Part shown: piece by piece, positions 38,942 through 52,069 of the stretch
Layout of the letters: the number at the start of each line of letters is the position of its first letter
Position numbering within the stretch: the stretch's first letter is position 1
NCBI GenBank assembly: GCA_951406725.2
Contig: OX597826.1
Coordinates: forward strand, 10,044,001 to 10,108,000
Reading direction: 5' to 3'
DNA length: 64,000 bases
Origin: Octopus vulgaris
Lineage: Eukaryota
Notes under the pieces: model-generated
What the model saw: the letters and a program-made list of their open reading frames with translations, nothing else
What the model was told of the DNA's origin: nothing
The model's database searches: none
Made by a program: the position numbers and the translations under genes

Positions 38942-39438
38942 CATAATTATTTGAGGGAATATTATTCCTAACTTACAGGGAAAAATTCAATTTAGAAATA
39001 CTAAATCAAATTTCACAAAATATAATATATATAAAAATTAGTATATATTCTATCAAATATATACGTTTTTATTATTATTTTGCAATTTACTTAATTATTG
39101 GTATATTATTGTTATTTTAATTTTAATATTTCTATTATATGTAATTTTCTAGATGGTGTAAGTTAATTGTTCATTTTGAATTGATAAAAGATGTTTTTTT
39201 TCTAATTTATATATGTGCCCCAGCATGGCCACAGCTCATTAGCTGAAACTGGAAAAATCAAAATCAATCATATATATTTGTTGGGGTTCTTTCAGTTTCT
39301 CTATTAGATGCACTCACAAGGCATTGATCGACCTGATGCTATAGTAGAAGACACTTGCCCAAGGTACCATGCAGTGGGACTGAACATGGAACCATGTGGT
39401 TTGGAAGAAAGCTTCTTACATACGTACATATATTTATG

Positions 39439-39498
<60 letters not shown>

Positions 39499-40536
39499 TG
39501 TTTGTATATCTTTGTCTTTGTATTGTGTTTGTTCTCCTCCAACGCTTGACAACCAGTGTTGACTTGTTTATGTTTCCATAACTTAATTTGACATAAGTGA
39601 TCAATAGAATAAATACCTGGCATTGAATTGAACGCCGGGGTCAGTTTGTTTGACTAAACCTTCCAAAGGAGTGCCCCAGCATGGCTGCTGTTCAATGACT
39701 GAAACAAGTTTAAAAAAAAAAAAGTCAGGCTCTGTATTTCTCTGTGTTTCATGTTACTAAATAATGCAGCTGTCAATATCTGGCAAAAGTATGTTGTTAC
39801 TATGTTAACTATGTGTGCTAATGTATTTCTCTTGCATTTCGGTTTTAAGGCTACTGATTAGAATTTTCTACACATATCCTGTTGCTCATTTACCAAAACA
39901 GTTGACAAGCTAAATAGAGAAACAGAAAGAAAGAGAACGAGAGAGAGAGAGAGAAAAGGGAAAGAGAACTGAGCTGCATAGTTGGTATGCAAATAACTTT
40001 GTAGAAAACCAAAATTTCTGAAGACAAAAAAGAAACAAAAAATTATATCCTAGCTTCTGCAGTTACTGAGAAACCGGAGCGGGCATTGAAACAATCAATC
40101 AATTAATTGATCAATCAAGCAAACAGACTTGTTAAAAGCTGTAGAACCTAATTATTTGGTTGTTAGGGGTGCACAATGACGGTATTTTTGATGGATGTAT
40201 AGACTGATGTAGGGGCAAGAGAGGGAGAGAGAGAAGGAGAGACCTATTTAAAGTGATAAAACGTCTGGGAAAAAGGTGTTATTTTGTTTAATGTATTGTT
40301 TGGATAATTCCTTACAAAAGGGCTCCCATGGAGATGACTAATTACTTTTGGTATTATGTTGAATTTTTATTGAATGTGGCTGTGGTAAGAAGTTTGCTTT
40401 CCAACCACATTGTTCTGTGTTCAGTCCCACTGTTTGGCACCTTGGACCCTGGGCAAGTATCTTCTGCTATGGCCTCCGGCCAACCAAATCCTTGTGGGCG
40501 GATTTGGTAGATGGAAACTGAAAGAAGCAAGTTGTA

Positions 40537-40599
<63 letters not shown>

Positions 40600-40998
40600 C
40601 TAGCAGTATCGCCCGGCGTTGCTCGGGTTTGTAAAGGAAATAACTATATAAGCATTTTTAGAGAGTTATAGCCAAAAAATAACAAAAAAATGCATTAAAA
40701 ATGGAAAAAAAATTATGGTAAATTCTTTTTTAAATCGTTGACTCATCGTAGACATTTTTAGAGAGTTACTTCCCTTATATAATAGCGAAAAAAATGCATT
40801 AAAATAGAAAGAAATGATGGTAATTTATTTTTTAAATTGTAGACTCATCGTAGACGCACGCTAATACCCAGAAGGGCTCGATATGAATCACGACTATAAT
40901 ATACTCGGTTTTGGTTAAACTGCACCGCAAAATGTGGGAGTAGTTAGGAATCTAAATTGTAGGAGACAGACACACAACTTGACTTTTATATATAAAGA
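40600..40998 (-). mobile_element. Non-autonomous Helitron, same 3' end as 5631
   Basis: ctagcagtatcgcccggcgttgctcggg end and ~130 bp shared with the 5631 copy; different 5' half; TC start. Confidence 0.7.
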
Positions 40999-41769
40999 TA
41001 TATATGCCTAAACACTGCTTGACACTAATATTTTGGTAATATATATACACACATATATATGTGTGTGTTCTGTGTCTGTGTTTCCCACCATTTGACAACT
41101 GACGTTGATGTGATTGTGTCCCTGTAACTTAGCAGTTCGACAAAAGAGATTGTTAGAATAAGTATTGAAGCATGGCCACAGTCCAGTGACTGAAATAAGG
41201 GAAAGAGTAAGACAAGGCTAAGTTATACACAAGTAAGTTGTTTAGCCCCGGGTCAGCCCTGATTAATCAGATCTATGATCAAAGAATTCCCAGCCATGAC
41301 CATCCCATCTTTCAGAGATATAATGGGCTAGATATTTTAATGTATTGATTCCTTTCTTAAGCTGGTAGGGTGTGACTTGAGAAAGATTTGGCTGCTATTT
41401 CTTGCTGGTTGAGCAATTGTTTAGAATAGAGATGAGGACTTTTTAGAACTGCAGTGAATTGTAAACACACAAGACTGGGAAAGGGGTCCACCTGTATTGA
41501 GGAGAATTATGAAACTTACATTAACATCATTATCCCCATCATCGTTGTTTTATTTTTCACTTTTCCATGCTAGCATAGGTCTGATGGAGTTTATTGGAGC
41601 AGATTTTCTATGGGCAGATGCCCTTCCTGTTGTCAACCTTCTCCTGATTCCTAGAAAGGTAATATTTCCCCATAGCTAGTCATGTTTTCACAGAATACTA
41701 GAAATGAACAACACTGCTTGTATGACAGTGACATTCATTTACAACTATCATACGATAGCAAAACAAGGC

Positions 41770-41815
<46 letters not shown>

Positions 41816-44242
41816 TGTATGCATATATGACGGACATCTTTCAGTTTCTGCCTATGAAATCCACTTACAAGGTTTTGGTTGGCCCAGGGTTACAGTTGAA
41901 GTCACTTGTCCAAGGTGTGTCACAATGAGATTGAACTCTAAACCATGTGGTTAGGAAGTAAACTTCTTAACCACATACCTATGCCTGTGACCTTAATCTA
42001 AAAGTTCATGGGTATGGAACTTATATTTGTTTTGATTTGAAGGCTTAAACATTTTTCTGTTTCCAAATTTTATCAGTGGACAGTTTACAATTAGCATGCA
42101 GACCAAATTTCACATGTATACAAAGGGTTCTCCGGCCCCTGTTGTAGAAGTTCCCTCATAAACAAGAAAGTTCACATCTTGTGTGTTGGATGTAGATTGC
42201 TTGCGCAATAAATAATGCTGAATTCAGAGACAGTAATATTAGTTTCAATTTTTGGCACAACGCCAGCAACTTTGGAGGAAGGGGTAAGTCAATTACATTG
42301 ACCCCAGTGCTCAACTGGTCCTTATTTTATTGACCCTGAAAGGATGAAAGGCAAAGTTGACCTTGGTGGAATTTGAACAGTCATGGTTGTGTGTAAGAAG
42401 CTTGCTTCCCAACCACATGATTCCAGGTTCAGTCTCACTGCATGGCACCTTGGGCAAATGTCTTCTACTATAGCCTCGGGTCAGCCAAAGCTTGGTGAGT
42501 GGATTTGGTAGACAGAACCTGAAAGAAGCCCCATCATGTGTATATATGTGTTTGTGTGTCTGCATTTGTCCCCACATCACCACTTGACAACTGGTGTTGG
42601 TGTGTTTACATCCCTGTAACTTAGTGGTTCAGCAAAAGAGACCAATAGGATTAGTACTAGGCTTAAAAAATAAATCCTGGGGTTGATTTGTTCGACTAAC
42701 ACCCTTCAAGGCAATGCTCCAGCATGGCTGCAGTGAAATGACTGAAAGAAATAAAGGTATAAAAAGAATGGACGGAATACTGCTAAGCATGTTGCCCGGT
42801 ATAATAATGGTTCTGGCAGCTTGCTGTCTTTTCAGAGACATTAATATTATAATTTTCAACAAGTTGGCAAACCGACAGAATCATTACTGTGCTGGACGAA
42901 ATGCTTAGTGGCATTTTGTTTGTCTTTATGTTCTGAGTTCAAATTCCACTGAGGTTGACACAGCTTTTCATCCTCTCGGGGGTTGATAAAATAAGTACCA
43001 GTTAATCACTGGGGTTGATGTAATCGTCTTACCCCTCTCCCGAAATTACTGGCCTTTTAGCAAAATTTGAAACCAATATAATGCTCAGCTTTTAACTCTT
43101 TCCCTGTGTTTCACATGTGTTACACACAATATATTTCTCTGGCTTCCATGCATCATCATACAATATATCTAATTTTTTTCAATTACCAAAGTATCTTGGG
43201 GACTTATGAAATGAAAGTGTAGCATATCTGATATCCTCACTGTTTGAGAAACACAATAAGAATGATCTCGTTTGAGATTACGGCCATCTTTGGCTGGTTT
43301 GACCCTGTTGTGTCCACTGATCTGATTGGTTGGCATCTAGCGCGGTTTGTCTCCCTACTTATTTCGTGCCAGAGTATAAAGGCAACCAATCACGGCCTTT
43401 GGATAAGGCCTGCTTGATTTGAGCCATCTAAACCCCTTAAATAGGCTAGATTTTCATTATTCTTCGTCTTTCGACTCCAGACCTTTTTAAGGCCTAGTCA
43501 CTGACCACAGAGCTACTCAGCCATGTTCCAGTTACAGCGACAGACGACCAGTCAGCCAGCTCTGCTATTGCTCCAGCTATGAAGACGCTATTATATACCA
43601 GCAACAAACAGAACATTTTCTATCTCCGCCGCCGTCATCACCATCATCGTACTCCAACTTTACGCCATCTCCACCATTCGTCGCCATTACCACTGCCAAC
43701 TTCAAATATGTACACACCAACTCCTTACGTATGGCCGTATAATCCTACAAAAGCTTTATATTAGTCAGAAAAAATAAAACAAGTGCTAATTAAAGTCGAT
43801 AACAAATATTGACACTTAAGATAAACTTACAAAAATGCTTTGGAAATGCAAACGATTAATGTCACTTTTCTTTTTCATGTAGCTCACATATAAAATAGAA
43901 CTTATATGTTGCAAGAAAACATAGACAGCAGAGTCTGTTAGTAAGTTTGGTCTTTTGATTTAAAGTTCAGTGTGAGCTAGGATGAAACTTTAACCCATTT
44001 GGACAAACCCACCTGAGATTGATTGCCCCTGGTTCAATGATGCTAAATTCTTTATTTAGATTGATCTGAATTAAAACTGTTTATCAAAACTTCAAGCTAC
44101 TTTATGTTCCAATACCAGCTTAATTTTAACAAAACTGATTTACAAAATTATTCATGATTTTGAAATTAATTTAAATAGAAGTAGTATATTTCAACAGAAA
44201 CATAGTAACAAAATAGTTAACTGGGCCACATTAAACTATTTC

Positions 44243-44685
44243 AAACTTAAAATCTTCAAAGCCATAGTCGAACCAGTTCTACTATATGGCTCAGAAACCT
44301 GGACATTATCAAAGAAGCTCGCAAGGTGGTTGGATGGAACTTACACTCACCTCCTTATGAGAGCTCAAAATCTCTCGTGGAAGTGTCATCCAACCAAAGT
44401 GCAAATATATGGGAAACTACTACCTGTATCATCTCTTGTGAAAGGTAGAAGAGTCCAGTTTGCTGGACATTGTTGTAGAGCTGAAAAAGAGGTAATTTTT
44501 ACTCTTCTCCTCTGGAAGCCATCTGCTCACGATACCAGAGGGCGCACACTCTCCTACCCTGATGTAATCTCCAGGGATACAGGCATCCAGCAACAGGACC
44601 TCCGTAATGCTATGGTGGCATGTGAAGTCTGGCGTAGCATGGTAAATTCCATTGTCTCGACCACGGTCGAACAATGACGATGATG
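44243..44685 (+). mobile_element. RTE-clade LINE 3' fragment (different family)
   Basis: KLKIFKAIVEPVLLYGSETWTL...FAGHC...WRSMV, stop at 44675-44677, (GAT)n tail. Confidence 0.85.
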
Positions 44686-45761
44686 GTTTCATGATTACTG
44701 TTGAATGTTATATATATTACCTATGGTTGGCTGCATGGTTAAGAAGTTCAGTTCTCAGCCATGTAGTTTCAGGTTCAGTCCCACTGTATGACACCTCGGG
44801 ACTGACCAAAGCCTTGTGAGTGGTTTGGTAGATGAAAATTGACAGAAACCCATTGTGTGTGTGTGTGTGTGTGTCTCTCTCTCTCTCTTGTCTTGACATA
44901 GCATGGTAGTTGTAAGAGATGTAAATAAGTGTCACCATCATACAATCATCGTTCATGTCTAATCTTCTGTGAAAATATGTCTGTCGGACCATGGGGAAAT
45001 ATTATCTTGTTTGGAAACAGGTGAGAGTTTGTGACAGGAAAGGCGTCCAGCCATAGAAAATCTGCCTCAACAAATTCTGTCTGATATTTGCGAGCATGGG
45101 AAAGTGGATAGTTAAACTGATGTTGGTGATTGAAACTGATCAAGAAAATAGAGGAATTTTGTAAAATAACTAACTTGTCTATAATTTAGCTGATCTCACA
45201 AGCATTGTGAATCAGAGTTTCTGATATAAAATGTCAAAAGAAAGTTTTAATTTTAAAATATGTTAAAGCAAAAGGCCCTATTGTTTGAATAGAACCAAAA
45301 GTGGTGTCAGACAGATTAAATATTGCTGGTTTAGCTGCTGCTAAGATGCTAATTTCCAGATGGTATCAGGTACTTCAGTCATATTCCTCATCATTATCAT
45401 TGTTTCAACATCTACTTTTCCATGCTTTCATGGGTCAGACAGAGTTTATTGTGGTACACTTTCTATGGAAGGATGCCCTTCCTGGTGCCCACTCTTACCT
45501 GTTTCCAAGCAAAGTAATATTTCCCTATGGTCAGATATACTCTCACAGAATATCGGGAATGAATGACACCGCTTGTATGACAGTGACACTTGTTTACATT
45601 CATCATCTTATGTCAAGACAAGGAGACATAAACACACACATGCTCACACACACACTCGGCTTCTTTCAGTTTCCATGTACCAAATTCACTTACAAGGCTT
45701 TGGTCAGACCAAAGCTATAGTAGAAGACGCTTACTCAAGGCATGCCACTCAGTGGTACTGT

Positions 45762-46062
45762 GGAGGCACATGGCCTAGTGGTTAGAGCAGCGGACTTGCG
45801 GTCGAGGGATCGCGGGTTCAAATCTCAGACCGGGCGATGTGTGTGTTTATGAGCGAAACACCTAAGCTCCATGCGGCTCCAGCAGAAGGTAATGGTGAAC
45901 TTCTGCTGACTCTTTTGCCACAGCTTTCCCTCACTCTTTCCTCCTGCATCTTGCAGCTCACCTGCGATGGACCGGCGTCCTGTCCAGGTGGGGAACCTAT
46001 ACGCCATGGAAAGCGGGAAACCGGCCCTTATGAGCCAGGCATGGCTCGGGAAGGAACAAACA
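45762..46062 (+). mobile_element. tRNA-derived SINE family C
   Basis: A-box TGGCCTAGTGG, B-box GGTTCAAATC. Inverted copy at 22545-22832; same head with a different tail at 3670-3982 and 18627-18893. Confidence 0.8.
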
Positions 46063-46626
46063 AAAAAAAACACTCACTGGTACTGAACCTGCATCCATGT
46101 GGTTGGGAAGCAAACTTCTTCACTACTCAGCTATGCTTGTGCATATCAGTGAAAATATATTTGCCTTCCCAAATATATTGGAAGGTATGTGTATGGACCT
46201 AAGTTAAGCACCAGCTTTCAGTTTTCTGATGTAAAGTGGACAAAAGATACCCCCCACCATTATTTCTCTCCTAGATTAGATGCCAGTTTAGTGCATGTAA
46301 CAATCCCAGATAATCTGGTATTAATTTCTGATAGCCAAGTGAACTTAGGCATTGTAAAAATATATCTCCGGAAGTGTAACAGAATGTCAGTAGAGTGTTT
46401 GAATTTATTGCCCATAAGCCACTATTTCACTGACTTATCCTTTTAGTCATAGTGCTGCCATCCATGCCCTCCTGTCTTTTCGGGCATAAAATATATGTCT
46501 ATGTCTGTCCTGTGTGTTTATAAATGCATATAGTGTATATAAGACTTTTTCTGTCCAATGTGTATGTAAGTATATATAGTGTATATATAACTACACTTGT
46601 CCATTGTATGCATGTGTGTGTGTGTG

Positions 46627-46662
<36 letters not shown>

Positions 46663-46665
<3 letters not shown>

Positions 46666-46867
46666 CGGAGATGTACTTGCATAGCAAGTGACCTGATCTG
46701 AGATCGTGTGCTGGAACGAAAATAATTGCAGCGTGGAAGGTGTTTATAAACCATTTAAGAAACACACAAAAACTGTTAGATTCACTTCAACATTTAAATT
46801 TAATTTGTCAAAATATTTTTGGCACTTTGAGACAGTGACCTGTTCACTGACAAAATTCTGTGCTGGA
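46663..46867 (-). mobile_element. TA-inserted repeat; inverted copy of 29527-29738
   Basis: Shared ttacggagatgtacttgcatagcaagtgac...ctgacaaaatt sequence; both copies abut (TA)n. Confidence 0.7.
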
Positions 46868-47556
46868 TATAAACAATTGGATTTTGGCCTAACTGGCCAA
46901 CATCCTACCTATTGATTTAGCTGTCTTTGACTCAAACCAGTGACGGAGCTTCGACGTACTCAATCAACTTGCTAGCAACAGCATTACAAATCTCTGTTAA
47001 CCTTTTTGTTACCATATTTCTGATGAAATATACAGCCTTTGTTTCACTTCATTTTTAAAATTAATGATGAATTTACTAAAATAAACTTTGTCATTAGTAA
47101 GCTGGTGTTTGGAAACTAAATTACCATGAAGCTTTGATGTAAGGTTTTAATTTAAATCACTTTAAAAAAAAAAAAAAAAGCAAGAGAAATCTTGAGCAGA
47201 TTGCTATCAAAAGGCTTAAATCACATCTATCGTCTTAGAAAAACAGATGTCTATATTGAAAACTGTGGTCCTAGTTGCACTGACACTGTGAAATAGACAT
47301 GATGGTCATGACTGGATCATAGATCATAGATCTGTTCAGTCAAAGCTGACCTGGGACTAAAGAATAACATTAATTACTCCTTACTAAAAAGGAAACTGCT
47401 GCCCCTTGCTTCCAGTTACACTGTTTTTATATTTACCTCTGTGTGTGATGCGTGTATTCATCCCTCCCTCCTCTCATAAACGATTTACAAATTTAACAAT
47501 CTTTCAGTGATCTTAAATTAATTATAATTTTTCTTTCTCTTCTGATAATAACATAG

Positions 47557-47655
47557 AAATGAAATGAAAGATCTGAAATTTCCCAGTGTTCGGACTGTTC
47601 TTTGGGATCGAGCCAGCCAAGGTCCAGCTGTTAATGTTGATATATCTTCTTTCAG
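47557..47655 (+). CDS. STIL: STIL-like (SAS-5/Ana2 family) coding exon A; possible start ATG at 47564
   Basis: Pyrimidine tract + AG at 47555-47556, GT donor at 47656. From 47564 it reads MKDLKFPSVRTVLWDRASQGPAVNVDISSF+AG (phase 2), resembling the STIL N-terminal FxFP..LW...G.....L..YR segment. Confidence 0.75.
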
Positions 47656-47661
47656 GTAACT

Positions 47662-47880
47662 ATTATTATTATTGTTGTTGTTGTTGTTGTTGTCTTTCTT
47701 TTTCTTCTTTCAAATTTGCTTCCATTTCTTGCCGAGTGTCTTCCCGACTCCTAGGGCAAAGAAACTCATAGTATACAGATAAATTAAAATGCATGGGTAG
47801 TAATAGTTCTCACATCGACAATGCTCTTCTCAATACGTGTGATGTACCAGTTAAGACAATCTTTTGCACTTCTTGCAGGG
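47662..47880 (-). mobile_element. R4/Dong-type LINE 3' end with (TAA)/(CAA) tail
   Basis: LQEVQKIVLTGTSHVLRRALSM-stop resembles the QK.VLLGT..ILR..L C-terminus of R4-clade elements. Confidence 0.6.
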
Positions 47881-49659
47881 CAAGAAGGACAATAATAAGA
47901 CAAGTGCAAAAGATTGTCTTATTATTGTTATTGTTATTGTTATTATTGTTATTGTTATTATTGAGTGAGAGAGCAGAGCATGCCATCAAAGTGACATTGG
48001 GATTCAAATATATGAAGCCCAATATACCCATCATTTCTACCCATCTAATAAGGGTACACCAGGCACAAGCATCACAATGATGTGTGCACAACATGGTGAC
48101 CTCATATCAAGATAAACAGTGCATGACCTTGCAAGTGGGGCCCAGTTAGAATTTCCTTCAGGTCAAGTAGCCCATCCTGCTGAATAAGGGTTGTTTAAGG
48201 AAGAAGATCAAAACATACATGTTTCCAGAGGTGAATTATTCAAACACCCAAAGAATCCTTTTCAACACATGGCTATGATGCTCCCCTACTACTCCTGCTC
48301 GTGATCAGAGATGCACATATTGTCAGCTACTAAGGGCAGTTGCTTGGTTAAGGTCAGGCTACCGACATTGAGCAGAATATTTACTGTGGCCCATTTTTTA
48401 CACTGAGACAAAACATGTACATGATAATATTTCCAATCAGTTAAAATCACAAACCACGAGAGCCACTGCCTGGTACTGTCTTATTTCCACTGAGATCAGT
48501 GTAAATCCTTAAATCCTTAAAAATGTTTCAGCCCGAAGGCCGCGGCCATGCTGGGGCACCACCGCTGTAATTGAATAAATTCTCCAAAATTTTAGGCCTT
48601 GTGCCTATAGTAGAAAGAATTGAAATTATTTATACTGGTGGTGGTGGTGGGTGAAGGTGTATGACCTTGTGGCTAGGTTCAATCCCTACACTGGGTGGTG
48701 TGTTGTGTTCTTGAGCAAAACACTACATTTCACATTGCTCAAGTCCTCCTTTCAATCAGGTGGCAATGTTGGCCCGCTCGCCTAGCCAACAAGATGGTGT
48801 CATTCGAAGGCTAAATCGATGCAAAGCGCATTGTGACCAGCAATGTGTAACAACATCTGATAGTCTTGTCAGTCATGTGATTATAGTGGGGAGTGTTAGT
48901 AACATTCGAGTAGCGAGCTAAAATATCTTGCAGTACTTGAATACTCATTTAAATTCTGCTACGATTGATTTTATAATCCAACTTTGCAGGGTTGAGAAAA
49001 ATTAATAGAAAAAAACAAACAAACCCTAAAACAAAAGACCACCACAAATTATTATGTTTTAGAGTCAATTTAATTGACTATACCTCTTCTTTATTGTCAT
49101 TTGAGGAAATTGTTTTTATTATCTCTTTTATTGTGCCAGTGACACGTAAAAAGCACCCACTACACTCTCGGAGTGGTTGGCATTAGGAAGGGCATCCAGC
49201 TGTAGAAACTCTGCCAGATCAAGATTAGAGCCTGGTGCAGCCATCTGGTTTGCCAGCCCTCAGTCAAAATCGTCCAACCCATGCTAGCATGGATAGTGGA
49301 CGTTAAACGATGATGATGATGATGATTGTGGTGGATTGGCTATTTCTTCTAGCTCTTTTTGTTCTGAGTTCAAATCCTGCTGAAGTTGTCTTTGCCTTTT
49401 GTCCTTTCAGGGTTGATAAAATATAGTACCAGTTAAGTATGTAATTGACTAATTCTGTCTCCCAAATCCCACACCTTATTCCAATGCTAGAAACATTATT
49501 TTTTTTCTTTTCTGTTTTGTCCCCACATTGGTCCCGGTTCAGCAGACATGGTGGAAAAACACTGCAGTTGTGACCATTTGTGCCGAGCAGTTCATTTTTT
49601 TCATTATATATTGTTACTATGGCTACATTATATGATATATCTTTCCCTTTTTTTGACAT

Positions 49660-50281
49660 GTGAGTGGGTGTTGAAAGGTTCCTGTCTTTGGGTAAAAGAA
49701 AATACAGGAAGATCAGTTACTCTTTTACTTGTTTCAGTCATTTTGACTGTGGCCATGCTGGAGCACCGCCTTTAGTCGACCAAATCGACCCTGGGACTTA
49801 TTCTTTGTAAGCCCAGTACTTATTCTATCGGTCTCTTTTGCCGAACTGCTAAGTAACAGGGACATAAATACACCAGCATCGGTTGTCAAGCAATGCTAGG
49901 GGGACAAACACAGACACACAAACACACACACACACACACATATATACATATATACGACAGGCTTCTTTCAGTTTCCGTCTACCAAATCCACTCACAAGGC
50001 ATTGGTCGGCCCGGGGCCATAGCAGAAGACACTTGCCCAAGATGCCACGCAGTGGGACTGAACCCGGAACCATGTGGTTGATTAGCAAGCTACTTACCAC
50101 ACAGCCACTCCTGCGCCTGTTAATTATGATTTTATTCAACATATTTCCCTCTTAGGTTTACACACTTATTGCAGCGGCCCTTCAGTTTTTCGAAGCCCTG
50201 TAAAGGAATTCAGAAGGTTGAGCCTGCAGCCAGGTCTTTCAAGATACCCTAAAACCAGGAACTTTTCAGCACTCCCTCATA
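49660..50281. mobile_element. Mariner-like MITE interrupted by a SINE
   Basis: Imperfect TIRs gagtgggtgttgaaaggttcctg / caggaacttttcagcactccctc. Related copies at about 10282-10495 and 13345-13549. Confidence 0.6.
49720..50117 (-). mobile_element. tRNA-derived SINE family B (CORE-like, internal microsatellite)
   Basis: GGCGCAGGAGTGGCTGTGTGGTAAG head, GGTTCAGTCCC box, (a/c)ttgggcaagtg motif. Other copies near 2675-3220, 4990-5210, 13550-13935 and 42380-42765. Confidence 0.85.
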
Positions 50282-51956
50282 GTAGGATGCGATTTGAGGG
50301 AAATATGGTTCCTATTTTAAATAGGTTCAGCAACACCATACGGGCTCCCTTGCTGGCTTGTTTTTGTTGTTGTTTAGTCCTGAGTCAGCCCCGAGGGAGC
50401 AGACCTATGGAGATCAAAGGCATTCCAGCTGTGACCATCCTAGCTTTTTATGTATCAGGGACTACATTGTCTAGTGTGTTGTGTCTTCCTTTCTTTGAAA
50501 CAGTAGAGTATATTTGAGGGAATTTGGTTGCTATTTCTTGCAGGTCAAACCAGCACTTACAGGACCCCATGTTGGGCTATATTTTTTTGCTTTTGCTTTT
50601 ATGTTACTGCTCTCTGTGTTGGTGGAAGTGATGGTGTTATTAGTGTTGTTGTTGTTGAAATGGTGTGTTAGCAGGAAGAGTATCAAATTATGCACGTTAA
50701 CAATATCTAGATCTGCCCCACTTTTTTTCTGAATTCAGGTCCCTTCAAGGCCAGCTTTTCCTTTTCATCTTTCTCTTCTGTACCAGCAATAAACAGGGAC
50801 TCGTTCAAATGCTCTACACTAATGCTCAGTCAGAAAAAAAAAAAAATTATTATTATGTTGTTAGAAACAGTAAGATACAGAATCAATAAGTTACTGTTGT
50901 CAGATCAATCAACAGACAACATTCTCTTTTGTACAAAATAAATTTAGATATAAACCACAAGTGTTATGTAAAGATCATTGTACTGAAGAATGATTAGTTT
51001 TTACTCAAGTAAACCAAATGTATTTTTTAATTGTTCCTTAACACTCTCGCGTTCAGATTGCTCTGTCAAATAGATTACTTGTTTATTCATGTTGTTTTGA
51101 ATCAATCATGCATTATCTCATAACTTCAAAATTGTGATGATGAAATAGTTATTTTTTTGTATGACATTGTAGGGCAAGTGTGAGAAGTTAGATCCGGTTG
51201 GTTTGAATGTAAAAACAGGTAGACTATTTGGCCAGTTTGACCCTTTAGCATTTCAACCAGTAATATATCAGGCCCAACTATTCTCGATGCTATATGTTGA
51301 AACTGGGCAGATCCTGTCTCTCACACCTACAGTACAATGTTGTTCTGAAAAATAAGCAATCACATCATCGTCATCATCGTTTAACGTCCGTTTTCCATTT
51401 TTCCATGCTAGCATGGGTTGGACGGTTCGACTGGGGTCTGGGAAGCCAAGAGGCTGCACCAGGCCCAGTCTGATCTGGCAGTGTTTCTACAGCTGGATGC
51501 CCTTCCTAACGCCAACCACTCCGTGAGTGTAGTGGGTGTTTTTTCCGTGCCACTGGCACAGGTGCCAGGCGAGGCTGGCAACAGTCATGATCGGTTGGTG
51601 GTTTTTATGTGCCACTGGCACAGAGGCCATTCGAGGCGGCGCTGGCAACGGCCACGTTCGGATGGTTCTTTTACGTGCCACCGGCACTGGTATCACAACT
51701 ACAATTTCTATTGATTTTAGATCGATTTTGATTTGGAATCTCAAAATGCATAACCAGGGCTAAAGGGTTAAACAAAAATAAGAATGTGGCATTCTCCACC
51801 TTTAAAACCCCAGGGTTTCAAGCCCTGGGAAACAAAATCCTCAGGGAATTAAGAAATTGTTTTTATTTCTTAATTCAATAAGAAATGAATAAATTATTGT
51901 TATTGTTGTAAAAATTCAAGAATTAAAATGTTTCTTTTTTACTGTTTTACTTGTAG

Positions 51957-52069
51957 GAAATTTCAGATATGTCTCTCTTCAAAAGCTCTTCATATCCTCC
52001 AACAACACTGTTCTGGGTTAGTGGAGAGCCAGCTTTTGCTTTTGTCTGGTTATGTACATTCAGATAATG
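51957..52069 (+). CDS. STIL: STIL-like coding exon B (113 nt)
   Basis: Acceptor ttttacttgtAG, donor GTAAGT at 52070. Phase 2 start completes AG|G (Arg), then KFQICLSSKALHILQQHCSGLVESQLLLLSGYVHSDN+G (phase 1). Aligns by eye to human RNPKLVVTEKTIRLAYRH...CFLLGSLTADED. Confidence 0.8.

Noticed and set aside
45762-45840. tRNA genes here and at ~27600
   Set aside because: tRNA-like heads run into SINE bodies and lack a closed acceptor stem.
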